Origin: Anaeromyxobacteraceae bacterium
GTDB taxonomy: Bacteria > Myxococcota > Myxococcia > Myxococcales > Anaeromyxobacteraceae
Reading direction: 5' to 3'
DNA: 64,000 nucleotides
Assembly (NCBI GenBank): GCA_032654565.1
Contig: JAULAX010000015.1
Coordinates: forward strand, 1,024,001 to 1,088,000
A model generated the notes under the pieces. It did no database searches and was not told the origin of the DNA. It saw only the letters and a program-made list of their open reading frames with translations. The position numbers and the translations under genes were made by a program. Shown here piece by piece: positions 59,742 to 64,000 of the stretch; the first letter of the stretch is position 1, and the number at the start of each line of letters is the position of its first letter.

Positions 59742-62063
59742 TCACCCGCCGCGGGCCACCGCGTCGGCCACCAGCGCCTGCCCGAGGGCCAGGCCGCCGT
59801 CGCCGGGGGGGACGTGACCGTGGAGGTATACCTTGAACGAACCCGACAGCTCCTTGGCGATTCGTTCCGATAAAAAAGCGTTTTGGAAGCAGCCCCCGGT
59901 GAGCACCACCGGCAGCGCCCCGTCGCGCGCCGCGGCGGCGCGCACCAGCCCGGCCCCGGCGGTGGCCAGGGCGGCGTGGAAGCGGGCCGAGACGGCCCCG
60001 GCGGCGGCGCCGGCCCGCAGGTCGTCGCAGAGCGCCCGCCAGAGCGGCCGCAGGTCGAGCTCGGTGACCGGCCCGGCCTGGTCCAGCGCGAACGGGTAAC
60101 GCCCGCCCTCGGCCTCGTCGACGGCGCCGTCGAGCGCCAGCGCCAGCTGCCCCTCGTAGCGGGCCAGCGGGCGGCCCAGGGCGAGCGCCGCGGCGGCGTC
60201 GAAGGCCCGTCCGGCGCCGTGGGCCAGGGGGGAATTGACCCGGCCGGCCACCATGCGCCGCACCACCTCCAGCTCGGCCGGCGCCACCGCCGCGAAGAGC
60301 GGCAGGTCGAGCGGGGGATCGCCGTCGAAGGCGTCGAGCAGCGCCGCCAGCGCCACCCGCCACGGCTCGCGGATGGCCTGGTCGCCGCCGGGGAGCGCCA
60401 CCGGGCGGAAGGTGGCCAGTCGCTCGAACCGCTCCGGCCAGCAGCGCAGCAGCTCCCCGCCCCAGGCGGCGCCGTCGGTGCCGAGGCCGGTGCCGTCCCA
60501 GCAGAGCGCCAGCACCGGCCCGGCCAGGCCGTGCTCGGCCATGGCGGCGGCGGCGTGGGCGTGGTGGTGCTGCACCGGGACCAGGCGGGCCCCCAGCGCC
60601 GCGGCCCGCGCCTTCGCGTAGCCGGTGGAGAGGTAGAGCGGGTGCAGGTCGCAGCCGATCACCTCGGGGCGCAGGTCGAGGAAGTCCTCCAGCCGGGCCA
60701 CCGCCGCCTCGAAGGCCCCGTAGGTCTCCAGGTTGTCGAGGTCGCCGACGTGCGGCCCCAGCGTGGCCTCGTCGCCGCGCCCCAGGCAGCAGGCGTTCTT
60801 GAGCTGGGCGCCGACCCCCAGCGTGGGGCGGGCGAAGCCGCGGCGCACCCGCACCGGCCGGGGCACCCACCCGCGCGACCGGCGCAGCAGCACCGGCCGC
60901 CCCGCCACCACCCGGGCCACCGAGTCGTCGCAGCGCGAGGCGATGGGCCGGTCGTGGGTGAGCAGCAGGTCGGCCACCCCGCCCAGCCGGGCCACGGCGT
61001 CGGCCTCCTCGAAGGCGATGGGCTCCTCGGAGAGGTTGCCGCTGGTCATCACCAGCGGGCGGCCCGCCTCGGCCAGCAGCAGGTGGTGCAGCGGCGTGTA
61101 GGGGAGCATCAGGCCGAGCCGCGGGTTCCCCGGGGCCAGGCCGTCGGCCAGCGGCGCGCCCGGGCGCTTGCGGCAGAGCACGATGGGGCGCTCCACCGAG
61201 CCGAGCAGGGTCCGCTCGGCCGGCTGCAGCACCGCCAGGCGGGCCGCCTCGTCGAGGCTGGCCACCATCACCGCCAGCGGCTTCTCGTCGCGCCGCTTGC
61301 GCCGGCGCAGCTCGGCCACCGCGGCCGGCGCGGTGGCGTCGCAGCAGAGGTGGTAGCCGCCCAGCCCCTTCACCGCCAGCAGCCCGCCGGCCCGCAGCGC
61401 CTCGCCGGCCAGCGCCAGGGGATCGCCGGTCCGCGGCGCCCCCGTCGCGTCGCGCAGCGTGAGGCGCGGCCCGCAGGCCGGGCAGGCGTTGGGCTGGGCG
61501 TGGTAGCGGCGGTCGCGGGGGTCGTGGTACTCGGCGGCGCACCGTTCACACATGGTGAAGCCGGCCATGGTGGTGGCGGGGCGGTCGTAGGGGACGCCCA
61601 GGGCGATGGTGAAGCGCGGCCCGCAGTCGGTGCAGTTGGTGAAGGGGTAGCGGAAGCGGCGGTCGGCCGGGTCGGCCACCTCGGCCAGGCAGGCGGCGCA
61701 GCTGGCCAGGTCGGCGCCGATGGCGGCGCGCGGCGCCCCGCCGGCCACGCTGGGGGCGATCTCGAAGGTGGCGGGCGGCAGGCCGGGGAGGGCGGTGACC
61801 ACCAGCCGGTCGACCCGGGCCGCCGGGGGCGGGGCCTCGCGGAGGTGGCGCTCCAGCGCGTCGAGCCGGTCGGGCGGGCCGAAGGCCTCCACGGTGACGC
61901 CGTCGGCGTCGTTCCAGACCCGGCCGGTGAGCTGCAGCGCCTCGGCGGCGCGGAAGACGAAGGGGCGGAAGCCGACCCCCTGCACGGTGCCGGAGACGGC
62001 GAAGCGGCGCCCGGCGACCGGGCCGCCGGCCGGGGGCGGGCCGCTCGAAGCCGGCGGGCTCAC
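59742..62063 (-). CDS. hypF: Carbamoyltransferase HypF
   Basis: VQGVGFRP, CTDCGPR, CPACGP, HHHAH, PGDGGLALGQ; GTGA overlap start. Confidence 0.97.
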   Translation of the reverse strand: MSPPASSGPPPAGGPVAGRRFAVSGTVQGVGFRPFVFRAAEALQLTGRVWNDADGVTVEAFGPPDRLDALERHLREAPPPAARVDRLVVTALPGLPPATFEIAPSVAGGAPRAAIGADLASCAACLAEVADPADRRFRYPFTNCTDCGPRFTIALGVPYDRPATTMAGFTMCERCAAEYHDPRDRRYHAQPNACPACGPRLTLRDATGAPRTGDPLALAGEALRAGGLLAVKGLGGYHLCCDATAPAAVAELRRRKRRDEKPLAVMVASLDEAARLAVLQPAERTLLGSVERPIVLCRKRPGAPLADGLAPGNPRLGLMLPYTPLHHLLLAEAGRPLVMTSGNLSEEPIAFEEADAVARLGGVADLLLTHDRPIASRCDDSVARVVAGRPVLLRRSRGWVPRPVRVRRGFARPTLGVGAQLKNACCLGRGDEATLGPHVGDLDNLETYGAFEAAVARLEDFLDLRPEVIGCDLHPLYLSTGYAKARAAALGARLVPVQHHHAHAAAAMAEHGLAGPVLALCWDGTGLGTDGAAWGGELLRCWPERFERLATFRPVALPGGDQAIREPWRVALAALLDAFDGDPPLDLPLFAAVAPAELEVVRRMVAGRVNSPLAHGAGRAFDAAAALALGRPLARYEGQLALALDGAVDEAEGGRYPFALDQAGPVTELDLRPLWRALCDDLRAGAAAGAVSARFHAALATAGAGLVRAAAARDGALPVVLTGGCFQNAFLSERIAKELSGSFKVYLHGHVPPGDGGLALGQALVADAVARGG

Positions 62064-62593
62064 GTGGCCTGCGGCTTCTCCCACCAGAGGTCGGGCGGGA
62101 GCGGCGGGTCGCGCTTCACCGCGGCGGCGCCCATGCCGGCCAGCGCCACCCGGACCGCCTCGACGGCGGCGTCGACGGCCCCGCGGACCGCGGGGGTGAG
62201 CTGGCAGCCGAACTCGATGGAGCCGGCCACCACCCCGACCAGGTTGATGGCCGGCGGCGAGACCCCCTGGAACTCGGCGTGCAGGATCGACTCGCGCAGC
62301 CCGGGCTCGTGGGGGCTCAGGGCCACCATGGGGCCGCGGTTGAGGATCCCCTTCTTGTCGTAGACCTTGACCTCGCCGGCGGTGCCGGTGACGGTCTTGA
62401 TGGCGTCCACCACCACCAGCCCCTCCAGCCCCATCATGTAGGCGGTGAGGTCGAGGCCGGGGGTGCCGCCGTCGATGACCTCGACGTCGTCGCCCACCTG
62501 GTAGCGCGCCTCGAAGACCCGCACCACGGTGGGGCCGATGGCGTCGTCCCCCTCGAGGACGTTGCCGATGCCGATGACGCAGATGCGGGCCAC
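62060..62593 (-). CDS. Hydrogenase maturation protease (HyaD/HybD-like)
   Basis: GIGNVLEGDDAIG, DGGT.G, VVDA, SPHE. Confidence 0.93.
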   Translation of the reverse strand: MARICVIGIGNVLEGDDAIGPTVVRVFEARYQVGDDVEVIDGGTPGLDLTAYMMGLEGLVVVDAIKTVTGTAGEVKVYDKKGILNRGPMVALSPHEPGLRESILHAEFQGVSPPAINLVGVVAGSIEFGCQLTPAVRGAVDAAVEAVRVALAGMGAAAVKRDPPLPPDLWWEKPQAT

Positions 62594-62793
62594 GCGCGCT
62601 CCTCCTCCCACCTCAGACTGCTGCTCCGCCGACCGGTGGGGCCGGGGGCGGGGGCGGAGTATGCCACGCCGCCGGTCCCGGGCGGGACGGCCCCTCGACC
62701 GTGCCCCGCACCGGGAATCGGCCGGATTCGGGGGCCCGGGGTGGCGTCGCCGCGGGGCGGGCGGTAAATTGCCGCCGAGCCAGGGAGGGTTTC

Positions 62794-63222
62794 ATGGAGC
62801 CGAAGAGCGCGTGGAGCAAGGAGCTGGAGCTCGGCGTCGGGACCGTCGACTCGGAGCACCAGCTCCAGACCCGGCTGGTGGCGGTGCTGCGGGACGCGGT
62901 CGAGACCGGGCGGGAGCACAGCGTCATCGCCGAGATCCTGCGCCGGGTCGAGGACACCTCCAACGTCCACTTCATGAGCGAGGAGCTGCTGATGCGGCTC
63001 GACGCCTACGACCACTACGGCCACCACGTGGAGGAGCACCGCAAGCTCCTCGAGCAGCTGGCCAAGGTGCGGGCCCGCTTCGAGGCCGATCCCTCCACCG
63101 ACCTGCGCGAGATCATCGCCTGGATCGAGGCGTGGCTCACCGACCACATCAAGGGGATGGACCGGCGCTTCACCGAGAACCTGAACCGCGCCAAGGAAGC
63201 CTCCAAGGCCAGCCCGCCCTAG
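62794..63222 (+). CDS. Bacteriohemerythrin
   Basis: VDSEH, HFMSEE, HVEEH, HIKGMD ligand set. Confidence 0.9.
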   Translation: MEPKSAWSKELELGVGTVDSEHQLQTRLVAVLRDAVETGREHSVIAEILRRVEDTSNVHFMSEELLMRLDAYDHYGHHVEEHRKLLEQLAKVRARFEADPSTDLREIIAWIEAWLTDHIKGMDRRFTENLNRAKEASKASPP

Positions 63223-63274
63223 GGCCGTCCCCGCCGGCGCCACCCCGGCCCGCGCACCTCGCCCGAAGGACCGC

Positions 63275-64000
63275 ATGGTCCACCCTCTCCTCGCCGCCGT
63301 CCTCCTCCTCGCCAGCGCCGCCTCGGCGACCCCGCACGCGCCGGCCCGGCCGGCCGCATCGGTCCGCCCGGCCCCGGCCCCGCGCCGGGCCGTCCCCCCG
63401 CCGCCCGCCCCCGCCGGCACCACGCCGCCGAAGCTGCGCCTCCCCGACACCGCCCGCCCCACCCGCGGGGCCATCGATCTCGCCGCCGACCCCTCCACCG
63501 AGCGGTTCCGCGGCACCGTCCGCTACCAGGTGGCGCTGGCCGTCCCCACCGCCGTGGTCTGGCTCCACGCCGAGGCGCTGGAGATCAGCGCCGCCACCGT
63601 GGGCGGCCAGCCGGCCCGCCGGCTCACCGCGCCGGGTGGCTTCCTCGGCCTGGCCCTCGACACCCCGGCCCCGGCCGGCGAGGTCGAGGTGGTGGTGGAG
63701 TTCTCCGGCGCCTTCGACCGGGCCCGCTCCCGCGGCCTCTACGCCGTCGCCGAGGGGGACCGCTGGTACGCCTACACCTCCTTCGAGCCCTCCGACGCCC
63801 GCCGCGCCTTCCCCTGCTTCGACGAGCCGGGCCTCAAGATCCCCTGGCGCCTCACCCTGCGCGTCAACCAGGGGGACCTGGCGCTGGCCAACACCGCCAT
63901 CGCCGCCGAGGCCGCCGACGGCCCGCGCTACCGCGTCGACTTCGCCGAGACCCGGCCGCTCCCCGCCTCCCTGGTGGCCTTCGTGGTCGGCCCCTTCGAC
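63275..64000 (+). CDS. M1 family aminopeptidase (3' truncated by window edge)
   Basis: Signal peptide; [31 protein letters not shown]; absent from the ORF track because no stop falls in the window. Confidence 0.9.
   Translation, partial: MVHPLLAAVLLLASAASATPHAPARPAASVRPAPAPRRAVPPPPAPAGTTPPKLRLPDTARPTRGAIDLAADPSTERFRGTVRYQVALAVPTAVVWLHAEALEISAATVGGQPARRLTAPGGFLGLALDTPAPAGEVEVVVEFSGAFDRARSRGLYAVAEGDRWYAYTSFEPSDARRAFPCFDEPGLKIPWRLTLRVNQGDLALANTAIAAEAADGPRYRVDFAETRPLPASLVAFVVGPFD

Overview
This window is very GC-rich bacterial DNA. The gene content (PEGA/TPR proteins, DUF4388, short ECF sigmas, HNH family, hyp operon, MaeB) looks like an Anaeromyxobacter-type myxobacterium, which is an inference. 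It holds about 56 credible CDSs. In order: a PEGA + beta-helix lipoprotein pair, an HNH nuclease with a repeat-rich upstream region, a DMT transporter, a GntR/cysteine hydrolase/Liv-type ABC operon, tam-activase-MaoC, DsbA, ispG, proS, pyrF, a C45 fusion, ybaK, two paralogous ECF sigmas flanking a PEGA + Kelch lipoprotein pair, a pseudokinase, Smr, a MarR-linked ABC/LolA/beta-barrel operon, maeB, a CLC-F exporter, a Tat peptide + amidase, PlsC, LarA, CarH, a hyp maturation operon, hemerythrin and a partial M1 peptidase. I see no rRNA, tRNA, CRISPR array or transposase. The best unannotated signal is a probable 51-aa membrane selenoprotein (45739-45894): an in-frame TGA with a SECIS-like hairpin 11 nt downstream, a coupled uORF, and flanking REP-like repeats. 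Other notable signals are an ECF/pseudokinase circuit with a shared promoter motif and a possible sRNA, a PafBC-like promoter on the HNH gene, an 11-bp-phased CarH operator, and a back-to-back leaderless promoter. All calls are by eye; no searches were run.
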